Shown here one piece after another: positions 1 to 12,700 of a DNA stretch of 64,000 nt. How positions within the stretch are numbered: position 1 is the first letter of the stretch; every line of letters starts with the position of its first letter. Under the pieces are notes generated by a model. The model was not told the DNA's origin. It saw only the letters and a program-made list of their open reading frames with translations, and made no database searches. This stretch comes from Phallusia mammillata (lineage: Eukaryota). A program made the position numbers and the translations under genes. The stretch covers positions 21,390,001-21,454,000 of the forward strand of contig OZ281500.1 of NCBI GenBank assembly GCA_965637545.1, read 5' to 3'.

Positions 1-2289
1 AGCAAAATCTTATCAAATCGAAAAAACATTTGCTAACTTTTCCAATTGGGCACAATCAGGACTTTCAGGACTCAGCTAAGCGAATGGAAAATTTACGTTG
101 TTGCGGGTTGGAAGCAGCAGAATCATCTGAGGTTTATTGCAGAGTTTGTTTTGATTTCAAACTCGCCGAACGTGAAGCGTAGCATGTTCCCCGGTCGGAT
201 TAAGGTGCGGCTTGAGGTTATCTGATTTTCAGAGGAAGTCACATGCCAGGTTCAATGCTCAGGGTATAGAATGTCATGTAACCTCAGTTTTAAAGCCTTA
301 ATCTAACCCAAACACATACAAAACGTGAATTACGTGCAAGTCGAGAATAATAGAATAATCTGTTTTAAAATAGTACCAAACCGCCTAAAATAAGTGCATT
401 TATAAATCACAAGGCACGTTTTGGGTTAAGTCGCAGGTTCGAATACCACCGCTGGTAACATTGGTCAAACCCACGCTTTTGCATATGCTATAAGTTTTAA
501 ATCTAATACTTGCAGCTAACATGAAGTTGTGCTACAGCTTTAACAGTCGAAAACCTAAAATACTTAATGTTCGAAAATAGCAAAGCACCAAAAAGAGCGT
601 CAGAATTTGGTCTGTCAATCAATGATCAAAAGATTTGAATTAAAGTGCACTGAAAAGGGGCCTATATTTCGGGATAACTGGTCGGCCAGGGTCATGAGCC
701 AATCATTAACCAGGAATTGACAGGACCTGCGTTGGCCCCGAACCGGCGACACGCTTGTAAACGGATGGGTGGGGCCAAGTGAGTTATACAACGCCGGATG
801 CTAGCTTATTTGCCGATATCAAAACTGTTTGCACAGACCAGGGCTCATTCAACGCGCAAATACTAAAACCCTTAAGCGCAGACCCGAACCTCCGGTGTTT
901 GAACGATGCTGCAGTGCTCTGCAAGAGGGTGGCGGTGTTCGTGGCCGTAAAAACGCAACACCAACGATAAAAGGTGTTTGTTTGTGACGTCAGAACTGTC
1001 GGTTTGTTCGGAAACAATTACTCCGCGAGCGAGCGAGCCGCTGACTTGACGGGCGCGGGCCAGTTTTTTTTGCGTGCAAACGACGGACCTCCCAGCGCTC
1101 GTAAATCAAGAATATTGTCTCGTCGACTGTCGTTTTATTTGCGCCCAAGTAAGTTCGTGCCCCGGTGGGCAACTCTGTGGCCACTGGATCGCAAAATTAG
1201 CGATGAAACTCGCATTATATTACCACGAGTGCTCCTCTTAGTTTTGCTCAAGTTGCGCTTTTGTCGCCCAATTGGGCTCCATTTTGACATCGAGTTGCGG
1301 GTGGCGCTTTTTAGGCTGGCTGTCAAAAGACCATTTTTTGTTATTTCACATCTTTGCATGCATTTAATTACAGTAAAATTAGGCTAGGTTTGAGCACCTA
1401 TTTAATTTACTATGTACTTGCACTTTTTGGGTTTGTTTTTAAATCACTTCTGGACTCGCTTTGACGAGCGGAGTTGCGCTTTTTGATAATTTCACGTGAC
1501 AACATTGACTGCTGTTTCTGCCGTTTTGTTTCTTTTATGTGAGTCAAGCGAAAGTCGGCTTTAATGATGGGTCGTCGATAATCTATAAACTTTAAGCAAA
1601 TAGAAATAAACCCTGGTTTACCATGGCCTTGCACAAAGAGCAGCGATTTTAATTGCATTCTGTGCCCTGGAAGTTGAACCAACAGATGGAATGTCGTAAA
1701 TGCTCATGTAACTAAGTTATTTAAGCACTCATCAATCCGCAAACTTTACCTATAAAACAAGCCGTATTTTAAACACACACCAAATTATTAAACAATTAGA
1801 GTCACAACTAGTAGACTATAAATCATTTTTCAGCTATTTTGAGCAAATTGCCCAAGATAAGAACAATTCAACGCACATTTAACGAGCAGAAGTCGTCCAG
1901 CATTCTTAAACAAACAAAAAAGTGATTATTACAGCAAAAAAACAACATCACAAAATAGGTTTAAAGTAGCAAAATGAAACCCAAATAAGACAAGGACACG
2001 ACAAATTATCCCAGCCGACAAAATGTGTGGTTGCAGCTTAAAGGACAAGGGGTCAAGAATCGAATTTCATCTATCAAACGCGATTCGAGGTATTGATCGC
2101 CCCGGAAGCCAGCAATATGTTCATGTTGGTTTTAGTCCAAAGGTTTTCCGGTTTTTGACGCACCTCAAGGCGTAAATAACCGTGGATTATGGACCTTATT
2201 GATCGGTTCGTGGCGACCAACGTCTGGCGTCACACAATCGAATAGAAAGTGTTACATAACTGAACTGTGTTGCGCATTTTTTAATCCTC

Positions 2290-2440
2290 GCTTTTCTGCA
2301 TTTTTATCCTTTTCTACACTTTTGTGCTTTCATGTGTTTTTGTCTTTTTCTGTTCTTTTTGTCCTTTTCTGTACTTTTGTCCTTATTTACATTTTTGTCC
2401 GTTTGTGTATTTTTGTCCATCCATTTGCCCGTTTCAACAA
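2290..2440. repeat. Pyrimidine-rich low-complexity array of TTTT(T)GTCC-like units
   Basis: Several imperfect TTTTGTCC/TTTTGTCT units in a strongly strand-biased T/C tract. Confidence 0.6.
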
Positions 2441-3771
2441 ACCTCCGTTCGCAATACAAGGTGCGCTAGCAAGTATTCGCTCCTTAATGTACAAAATTTA
2501 TATAAACGTTAATGCAAGCGGATTTCACTTGTGAAAATGTTTGTAAGCAACGTTTAAAAACAGGCGTTGAAGTCTAATGCACAGTAGGCTATAGTAACTA
2601 ATAAATGCAGCAAGCCATGTAGTCTCACGTTACTAAAGCATGTGAAATCTTCCTAGACGTTTGACTTTACTCTCTACAAACACCACTTCACAGTCGTTAT
2701 TTCCATTTGGGCTCCACCCCCATACTATGACGTCATCAATGTGGTCCTTGTGGCGTGGTAACCACCTTATGTCGTTTTGTGGGCAGCGAGTCCATGTTCT
2801 GCGGCGCATATGGCACGTTTCAAAATCCACCGTAAAAACTCTCTAGCGCTACAACATAACAAACGGCGGACGAACTAGCATGTCGCCAAGGCAACATGTC
2901 ACGTGGACTCTTGTGTACTTAAAATTAAAACAAACGACAATAAACTATAACATGACAAGTTTTGCTTGCGGCAATCTAAAATAGCCCTAAAAAAAGGGCA
3001 AAGAATGACTAACTGCTAAGTCATCATTACGTCAAAGATGACGTGATAAGTTCAAACGCTGGCAACAGAAAAGATCAGTGACCTTTTATGACGTCATTAC
3101 ATTACGTCATAAGCGTCCCGTATCGAGTTAAATATATTTAAACATCTAATTTCCGCAAAAAACAAATGTATTTTTATATTAATTAGCATCGGAAAATCAT
3201 TGAATTGGTTTACAGCACACACAATGGCACGTTTCGTTTGCACGTAGCTTGTTTTCCTGCCAAAATCTACTTCCGTCGTTTTCTGGAAATTCTACGTCAC
3301 GCGAATAGCCAATGACGTCACAATCATGGCAAAGTTGCGAGCCGACATCGATCTAATCACGACCACGAAGCGATCGCGCGTCTTGGGTGGCCGAAATCGC
3401 GCTTAATATTGGCGAATTTAACGTGGCTCTAACAGAGGTGCGACCGAGCGACCGCCTGTCATTGTTCGTTAGTTCGAAATACCGAAAAACGGATTAAATC
3501 GGAATTGTGATTGTTACGCAACGGAGCGATCCGCTTTGACCGAAAAAACATGTTTTTTTAGCATTTAAAACCTCGATATTTGATGCAACAAATCTAAAAC
3601 ACTCAAGTCATTAAGGCGAAGACAGGAGCTTCCGAATTCAATTTCTAAAACTAGAAGGGTGGCTTAGCACATTTTACAGTAGCATATACACTACAAACTA
3701 TTCTGCAAACTGTAATATATTCTCTATATTTATTTATATTGGGTCCCATATTAGCCAACATTTTTTATAAT

Positions 3772-4522
3772 CTTGATTTGTTTCTGCAGGCAGAAACCCA
3801 TGGGTCCCCAAAACCGCAAAGTTGTAAACAGACAACCATAAGAAAGGGTGTTGTAAAGTCAAACACAGTGATTGGTAGTGTTACTTAAAAAAACAAGTTA
3901 TGTAAAGTACAAACTGTCCAAATCTCATGCAATTGATACATTGTTATAAGTTTGTGTGCCTAAATAGCATAAAACACTGACATCTCAAAATGGCATATTA
4001 TACAAACTGTCAAAATGTATTGTTGATTAATTCACCCATTTTGGGGGGTTGGTAGGGTAAATATTAGGGCTGCAGGGTGAAACACAATATTCGACAGCTA
4101 CAAATGCCAAATTCAAAAAACTATCAAAAATTCATCCAAATCGGACGTTTTTAAAAAAATAGGTGGCTTAAGCAGTAAATATTGGGCTACATGGTGAAAC
4201 ACAATAATCGACGCCCTAAAATGGCACAATGAACAAACTGTCCAAATTTCATCCAATTTGGACATTGTTCAAAATTTACCCATTTTAGGGGGCTAGTGGG
4301 GTAAACACTGGGGCTATCGAGTCAAACAAAACAAATGGAACATCTACATAACCATATCTACCATCTGTGAAAATTTCATCCAAATCCATCAAACATTTCT
4401 TGGCAAAGTGGGGTGGACAAACTTGAGGGAAGAAAAAAACAAAAAGAAAAAAAAACAAAAAAACAAAAAACAAATCGAGTAAAATCAAAATGTGTCCCCT
4501 TCAGGGAAGGGGACCCATAATT
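3772..4522 (+). mobile_element. HINE/DINE-1-like non-autonomous Helentron element
   Basis: 5' hairpin GTTTCTG-CAGG-CAGAAAC (3780-3797) sits next to sub-terminal IR ATGGGTCCCC (3800-3809), whose complement GGGGACCCAT is at 4509-4518. 3' stem-loop GTCCCCTTC-AGG-GAAGGGGAC at 4494-4514. Diverged internal repeats (CAAACTGTCCAAA, CCCATTTT.GGGGG, GGTGAAACACAAT) and an A-rich microsatellite at about 4430-4475. Boundaries approximate. Confidence 0.7.
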
Positions 4523-7500
4523 ATGCAAAAAAGTTATGATTCCTACATGATAGATCTCTTAACGATTTTTTATTCAAGCACTTTGGCGATATTAAGAGTT
4601 AGAGCAACGTGGACCAAAGTACCAGGCCTCTGTCTGAATGATTATTAGAAATCATGGGTAAGTACATTATTTGTTAAATTTTGGACCATTAGACGTTACA
4701 AGCAAAAGCCTATAGAGTACATTGTTCCGTTTTCATTGATCGAAAAAAACTTACGTAGGAACGCTTATAAACCATGCCGTGTCACCAATACCACGGCAAG
4801 TTATGACTCAAGCTTCAAAAACTTATTTCGATGAACCCGGTTACATCTCAACGCATTGGTTTCTTCAGCCGTAACCAAGATCACGACCCTCGGGTTTACA
4901 GTGGAAACGAGGGGAGGGCAAGACTTCAAACCGAGGCGGGTTTGTGTTTGGTCAAGGCAAGGACGACTCACCAACCACAGCAGCTGGCAGCAGCTTCCTA
5001 CGGTAAGTGGGTAAATTGAAAAGATCACAGAGCTGGTCGCTGAGCGGTGGCAAAGTGCTTTCAAGTCCGGTTACATTCATCACTGTGTGCGCTAAGTAAT
5101 GGACTGACAGCTGCGCGGAACTTTGAAGAATGTTGCGCATGCGCAGAACGTGTCCTGTTTCGTCTGTGTGAAGAAAGTCGGGTCATAAATGGATACACCT
5201 CCTACTGTGGTAAAAATCTAGATTTTTTTCTTTTTTTGAATATTTCTTTGTATTTGTTTTACATCAAATATGAATTGGAATTATTTTCAAGATTCGAGTA
5301 CATTGAAGAAGTTATCGTCAAAAAAGATTGAACAGCTTCAGGCACTTAAATCGTGGTTTCAACGTCAACGTCAATGGAAAGGCAGGATCCGATATTTTTG
5401 TGTGCTACGTGTTAAAACTCTGACAACCTGTTGTCCTTATCAGAATTGGCGTGAACAAGAAATGGCCCAACAACAGTCAAAGCTTGTTAACACGGCTAAC
5501 ACGCCAACTGCTTCAAAATGTAGAAAGTGCGCTACTATAACATAACATTGAACATAACAATTCAGGGACCGTAAGTGAAAGTGAAAATGTAACAACAGAA
5601 GACTATAGGAATCACCCTGGGCTTGAGGTTGCTGGCCACAGAACCTGTCTTTGAACTCCCTTATTTAGTGTGCACTGCACTACGCGCCTTCAGTGTTATT
5701 TATCCTGATAAAGGCCAGTTGTATGAGTGTACAGGGCGTCGAAATTTCTGCAAAAAATACAATTGCCAGAGGAGTTCCATGAAGTTGGACCTGTCTTAAT
5801 TTGTCAAATATACAAAATTAACAGAGACGGTTTAACGAGGTGGTAAATAGGTCAGGTTTAGCGTTTTAAAAAGCGTGAGAAAACGACGGAATACATGTCG
5901 AAGTAAACACGATATCCATGTTTTGGTACAACCTTCTACAAAGCAAGCTTATAAACTCCATCTTGTCGGAGCGCTCTTAACACGGAAGAGAAGAAATGGC
6001 GGTTACGGGCAGGAAGCTACAGGTTGTCATGACATGCACGCTTTATTTGTTGTCACATGTCCGGCTTTTCCGCTACACCAAGCTGAACAAATTCATGAGA
6101 TAAGAAGTGATTCTTCAACGGTGGAAAACAAGTCGTGAACCAGCAGAGCACGACAGCAAAGCTCGGTTAGTCGCGTGTCTACTAGACTGCGGTAAAAACT
6201 TGATGCTTTGATGTGCAAATTTTTAACACATATACATTACGTTTAAGTGAAAGAAGTGCATATGTCAGCAAAGCAAGTTTTTAATTTTTAACCGAGTGTG
6301 GTTTATATCTCAAAAGTTATAAAATTTCAAAGGCACATTTTAAACAGTATGATAACATTGAAAACACTCTAACAAACTTTTTGCGTATTTGCCTACAGAC
6401 ACATTTCTCAAACAAGTCGTTAAAGATGTCGATCGGAAAAGAACAAATAAATTAATTTGTTTTCCAACCGTTAAACCAATTCTACCAAAATTATAAAAAA
6501 CTGTATTTTACTGTTAAAAGTAATGAGCTCTCGAGAATGTTATGCTGTGTTTTGTTATCTGTATGACGTAACAGTAAAGTCAATTACTTTAAACATACAC
6601 GACGGAAAATGTCGATGAAAAAAGTCACAGAAACATTCCTTTTAGTTACAAGTCAATGATTAGAGACGTCAGTCAACGCAATACCATTAGCGAGTCTGCC
6701 AAACCCATATTAAAAGACCACTGTTCCGAAGTTAACAAAAAATCCTTGTATAATCTGATTTTACAGCTAGTATAAAGATACATCGACTATACGTTATTTT
6801 ATCAGATATTCACAGTTTAAAAATCTTAACACCATGCATCGAAGTATTAAGCTCCCAGTTTTAATGCGCAGCTATTAACTGCAAGCTGTTTCCTTTTCGT
6901 GGGTTGCGTTTGCACAGGCGTTTGTCGGAAATGCATAAGGACTAGACCCGAATATTTGCGATGCGTTGAAGCGACTCAATGTGGGTAAACACCGTTTCAC
7001 CCGTTCGCCGCTCATATACAGAGAAAGACAACATAGCGCAAACGCTCGAGCGCGCCGCGTTAAACAATCGGTTAGCTCGTTAAATATTAAACACTTCCGG
7101 TATGGCCTTACAGCGAACTCAGTTCTTAGACGGGGCTCGCAGAATGTTTTGGCGGCCGTTCAACTTAAATAAAGCCGAACTTGGGAGATTTTTTTGTTTT
7201 TACCGTTTAAAATAGTTCTTTAATGTTGTGAATGTATTAGTTTTTTCATGTTAGTAAATTGATCCTGGCAAAAAATAAAAAATAAACGAAACAAATTTTC
7301 AATGTTTGATTGTCGTAGGTTTTTTAAATTGGAAAAATGGTCACAGAACACCAAACGCAACTGGCTCGCAAACTCATGAAGCAATTGTCATCCAAATCGC
7401 TCATAACAATGACTTACTTTCACCGCAGCCAAGCTCATCCCAATAGATAAAAACGAGCATACAATATCGTACAAGTGTATGATGTGATATACAAATCGCT

Positions 7501-9264
7501 TGCTTTGGCTGAAAATTTAACCAGCTGTGTTAAATTTGATTCAAGCGATAAAGCAAACCGTTCAACCGCGATTCTTTGACTTTAGCTGTAATTATTACGC
7601 TTTTTACGAGCAATAACGTGAAATAAACTCACGAGAAGGCAGCACGCCATAAAACAATTACACAGGCACGATAAACACCTTCCGCTGCTTCGATTTACAC
7701 AGTCGTTAATCGTCCGGACGCGAGTGCAGTCGCAAAAAAAACAGGTGTCCGTTAAACTTTAGCAGTTAGCCCGAGTCGCGAAAGAGAACTCGAAGGTCTG
7801 TACCGACCTCAAGTTACGACGGATGTTCGGTTTACGACAGCTCAGAATAGGAAACAATGAAATCGCGATTCGCAGTCACGCGATTCTGTTTGTGATGCTC
7901 CAGGCACACAATGAAAAACCCCGCGCACTCGATTTGAAGACGATCCCCACGCTCTGAGATCGAATTGAGAGATTCTCTTTTTTGTCCTTGCCGCTGAGGA
8001 TTTGATGCCCGATAGCACGTCGCTTTGTTTTGCGTTGCACGCGTGGTTGCAGAAAAGACCGAGGTGAAAAATATACTTAGTTGCCGCGAAAAGTTATATA
8101 AGGTACTAAAAGCGAAGTGCTCTAAAAAAAAATTTCCTCAATCACTTTTGCTACATAAAACTCTTCACAAGGTGTTTGAAAAATGGAAACTGAATGTTTT
8201 ACTGGAACGCTTGAATTAATACTAAGGACTTTTCCGCATTGTGTAGGCTACATTACAATGAAAGTCCATAAATAAAATCTGTTTTGGCAGAACGCAACTC
8301 TCTTCTAATTATTCATGCGACAACGCTATATGACTTTAATTTCATTATACTTGTTACTAAAAGCAGTGACATTGATCACAATATAATTTCTGCCTTTTTT
8401 TCTCTGAACAGATTGCCGCAAATAACACTTAGTTTGTTAGTAACTTCAAAAGTTTCAGAACCTCTAGTCAAGTTACGGGGCTAAAACGCACAGCGCGGGA
8501 AAAAAAGGCAATTTACTATCACCGTTAGTAAACAAAACCATGAGAATTAACGCACCAACCGTAAGTGTTTATAGTGGCAGGGTTGGTGGCCAACAGTTGC
8601 TGATACACAAAAAACTACACTGGACTCGAGAGATATCGAATTTCCAGTCGTCCTCAGTGTTGAATCGCAAACGAAAGACGAACCATTGGTTTTTTGATAC
8701 ACTGAAAAGCGAGTAGGTATAGCTTGTGGAACAATATACACGCACGGCAAACAGCCAATAGGCCTTGAAAACTGCCGGAGAGACAAAAGAACGTTCGGCT
8801 TCGCGTGTGTCCGAGAGAAAACAATACCTCGCGATCTGGGCTACTTGATACTCATTCACGTTATTAGGAGATGACCGCGAAAGTATAGCTATGATGTCAA
8901 AACCTTGGGGGAGATGGATTAAGTAGCGACAAAGCGACGCTTCCTAAGCACCGGATAACGGAAAATGACAAGAGGATTGGAAAGTCAACAATGCTCGCAA
9001 AATCAACATGTAGCAATACGTCTACATCCACTTTTACTGTGTCGTACGCTTGACCACAGGAAAGCACTAAGCACAATTTTAAAGTAGTTTAAAGGCCTTT
9101 TTGAAATGGAAATTGCATTTCAATGGAAAACAAATCTGTACGTATTACACATAAAATCGAGTCAATCGAGTTAAATAGAGAGTTGTTTTTATCGAATGAC
9201 CCGATTTACATTTTCGAACCTTTTCAACTTTACGTAGCATTACGTCACTGTCCTTTCTACTGCT

Positions 9265-9794
9265 AGTCTATCGAAAACTCAGTTCTTCAAATATATTCGG
9301 TTGAATTAGCAATTTTTACGAAGATTTGGTTTTGACCGAATAATTTAATCCGATTCGGTCACCAAAACCACATATTTTAGGGACACAAATTTAAAGCGCA
9401 AAACGTGCCATTTTTATAAATCAGATACAGCACAATCTGTCAATCATCGCAATACCAAAAATCTTTTATCATCTTTAAAGCAATGTTTTTTCGCAAAACG
9501 GCCAGCAATTCTATTCACAGACTGGCAACACCAACCGAAGCAACCTTAAAATCTAGGCTGGCTAAATCAACTGATACAACCTTAAAACCTACAGAATCAA
9601 TATAATAACGAAACTCAAGTTTTATGTTGTGGTGACCCCACTGTTTGCCTGCTTGTAAAACTGTTAATGTCAAAAGCGTAGCGTAGAGAACTATAGCGTG
9701 ACATCATAAATGGTTCGGTTGATTCAGCCGAATTTGTTCTGAAAAAGTGACAAATAGGTGGTTTCGGAATGAACCCAAGTTCGGTGCATTACTT
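9265..9794. mobile_element. Old, diverged copy of the 59099-59609 hAT MITE family, same orientation
   Basis: Collinear similarity at three points: ATTTTTACGAAGATTTGGTTTTGACCGAATAATTT vs ATTTTTGCAAAGATTCGGTTTCGGCCGAATAATTT; CGTGACATCATAAATGGTTCGGTTGATTCAGCCGAATTT vs CGTGACGTCATAAATGATTCGGTTGATTCGGCCGAATTT; and right end TTCGGTGCATTACT. The left boundary is approximate and no TSD is recognisable. Confidence 0.8.
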
Positions 9795-12700
9795 TGAGTC
9801 ATAAAACAACCTTTGCTAATTTTAAGATAAGCCAACCCAGATTTGAATAAACCATCCTCCGCTAAGGATTCGTGGTTCACATTAAGGATTTGTGAGCGCT
9901 CTGGTATAATGAATTAGAGCAACATTCCAGACCAAAATCGTTATCAGATAAAGACTGGAAACGACCGAGGGCACCACGTGTCAATATTGACCAATCAGCG
10001 CTTCACAAACTTTAGTATGATGTTTCATCATGGCGAGGGCTAGGGTAGTTAGGGTCCAAGAAGGGTCGAGCACGTCAAAGCAAATATAGTCAAATTAGTG
10101 CAAAACTACCCATGTGTTTGACTCTCTACATGCACAACTATGTTCTAGTAGTTAGGGTCATACTTATGTACGTTTGTTGAAGTTACACTAAGGTAGATTT
10201 AGATGTTTTCAAAGTGTGGAAAAACTTTTTGTCTTTGATTTCTATTTAATTCAGCTTGAGCATCCCAATGTTTTTTTGTGCTTGACTAACAATTTCACAC
10301 ATTTTTGCCCTAAATCTACGTCCGCTAAAAAATAAAAGCTAAAAATAAAATGTATTGGTTATTTCAGGCGGTTAAGAATTAGTTTGGGTGTTCATAGCGT
10401 TTTTCGGGCTTGTTAGGTTGGGCATGTATTTTGCATCAAAACTCAAAATTTTGCAAAAAAATCAAACTTCCTGCTTTAGTTAAGTGAGTTAAAAAATAAA
10501 CTCAATCAGCACTTAAATACCTAACCAACTTGCAAACAAACGACGAAGGGCTGAAGGTCGATGGAGGCACGCAGACCACTACAGAACAGCCTGAGTATAG
10601 CTGAGATAAGAATATCGTGCTTGGAATGCCATCAACTTCCGCTTGTGGCTCGTGAGCGGAAAGTCCAAGCCCTGAATTATGTTCTCTTTACACCACAGCT
10701 CTCGTGCAAGGCTTATCGATCATGGTCACGCTTGAGTGAACCGGTTAAAGGTAAACCGCCGCGAAAAAATTAAAGGTAAACTCAAAAGAATTGTTTACAA
10801 ACTGATGATGGTTTACAAACCAGGGTTAGGAAACCACAATAATAAACTTTTATGAGCGAAGCATATAGTACTGGAAATATTTAGGTATAATAAGTATCCC
10901 ACAGGTACAATTTGGGTAAAACGCTTTAAAATACAATCAGGTAAGTTTAGTGTCGAGGATTATCCCCAAAGCTAAATTTTCTCCAATACAATACTTCTAC
11001 CCAAGCACAAAACATACGGAAAAAAAACTGTGTCCCTTTGAGAAAAAGTGACTCATTATTACTGACGCCAATCAATTCAACGAAGTCAACCAAAAAGCAA
11101 TAATTCAACAAGAGTAAGTAACATAGATTTCTCAGACAGTCTCATTTCAAATAAAAATGCACTTGCTTGATCCCCCCCAAAAAACTGACAGAGTGCTGGT
11201 ACTTTTACCATTTGATCAAGTTAATAAGATTTGTCTAAAATTCCTGACACATTAAAACCATACAGTTCTATGTTATGTATTAATGCAGTTTATCAACAAA
11301 CTATCTACAACAGTGCAAGAACAGGCCGACATCATTGCTATGGAGGTTGGAATTTGCGTGGTATTCGACGGATGTTACGTGGATTGATATATTCTATTTT
11401 CGATCTTTATATAGATCAACGAGGTACTGATACCTCTCTTTTGGACAGTTTCTGTCATTATTTTAGCTCGAGTTTTTATTTTAGGGCAACAGTCTAGGAT
11501 ATCAAGTCTTAAGTGACTCTTAGAGAATTACTCGTACTGATATATATTTTCCCGTTTTGGTATATTAGAGCTACGAGATATGGTAAAAAATTTTTAAACG
11601 TTTTTATGCCAAATTTGATAGTTGAAAACGTATCTGTGCGTGATATCTCATATACTCACAACAAAACTTGTGACGTAACTACTTAACAAAGCACAAAATG
11701 CTATTTCAAACCGGACCAAATTGACCTATACGTCAAACGGCGAACCCCAATCAATCACTTTCGTTTTTGAAAAGCGCATCGCTCAAGATGACAACAGCGC
11801 AATGTTATACACATAAGAAGCAGGTTGTATTTTCACACTGACAAAATATTGAACGCCAAAAAAAGCACAGCTGCCTTCTCTCAACAGAAAGGCTTTTTAC
11901 ATTCATAACCGGATTCGATATCGAGCCCCAAGTCAATGGAACACCGGTAAATACACAAGTCGGGTGGTTGTGGTTATTACCAGCCTGACAACAAACCCAC
12001 AAACACAATATGCTTCCTTGCACACCCACAGCCGACAAAGAATAACACCATTATGCCGCGACACATCTGTTATGAATAACATTGCGGCCTGGGTATAAAT
12101 TTTACCATAAGTCTGAGTAAAGAAAGACCAGTCTATCAGTTACCGCCATGTATATTTTGCACCACAAACTCAAATATATTTTAGTTGAGTTTGTTCACAA
12201 TAGTCCAAAATTTGGTGCAACAAAAAATACAATAGCTTAGTTGGTTGAGATTGTTGCCTAACTATTGATCTTAATTAATGAAGACTTTGATAAAAGAAGA
12301 CCTCTACCAGTTTACATATTTATGCAATCACTTGCCAATGTTTATCTGTTAACGCCTAAAAATCTCTCAAGGCAAAAATTTATACTACAGCCAGGCAATA
12401 CAGAATGAAAAGTGATAGTACATGACCATTTTATAACCTACATAGCCGTATATTCAGTAAGAAACTAGGTAGTCACCGATATTGGGTTTTTGTGGTCCAA
12501 TGTGATAATATTTAAAGTTCACTGTGCCTTGAACTGGTTTGCTTTCAAAAAATTCACCTCAAGGCCCCTCTACAAACACTAGGAAGTGCTGATATCCGTT
12601 CGACTGTGGCGCACACAAACAATATTTGCGCAAGAGCGGTTATGAAGCAAGCGCGTTTCCAATATCACAACGGATGTTTTTATATCGTTGGGGGGTTCGC

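Noticed and set aside
3-182. 59-codon open frame at the left edge (...EVYCRVCFDFK...)
   Set aside because: No splice signals or domain could be supported, and the length is within chance.
974-1387. 137-aa ORF
   Set aside because: No homology recognised. It overlaps other short ORFs on both strands in a motif-rich island.
11805-12038. Cys-rich minus-strand ORF considered as a Sprouty fragment
   Set aside because: Cys spacing does not match the Sprouty/SPRED domain, and none of its conserved motifs are present.
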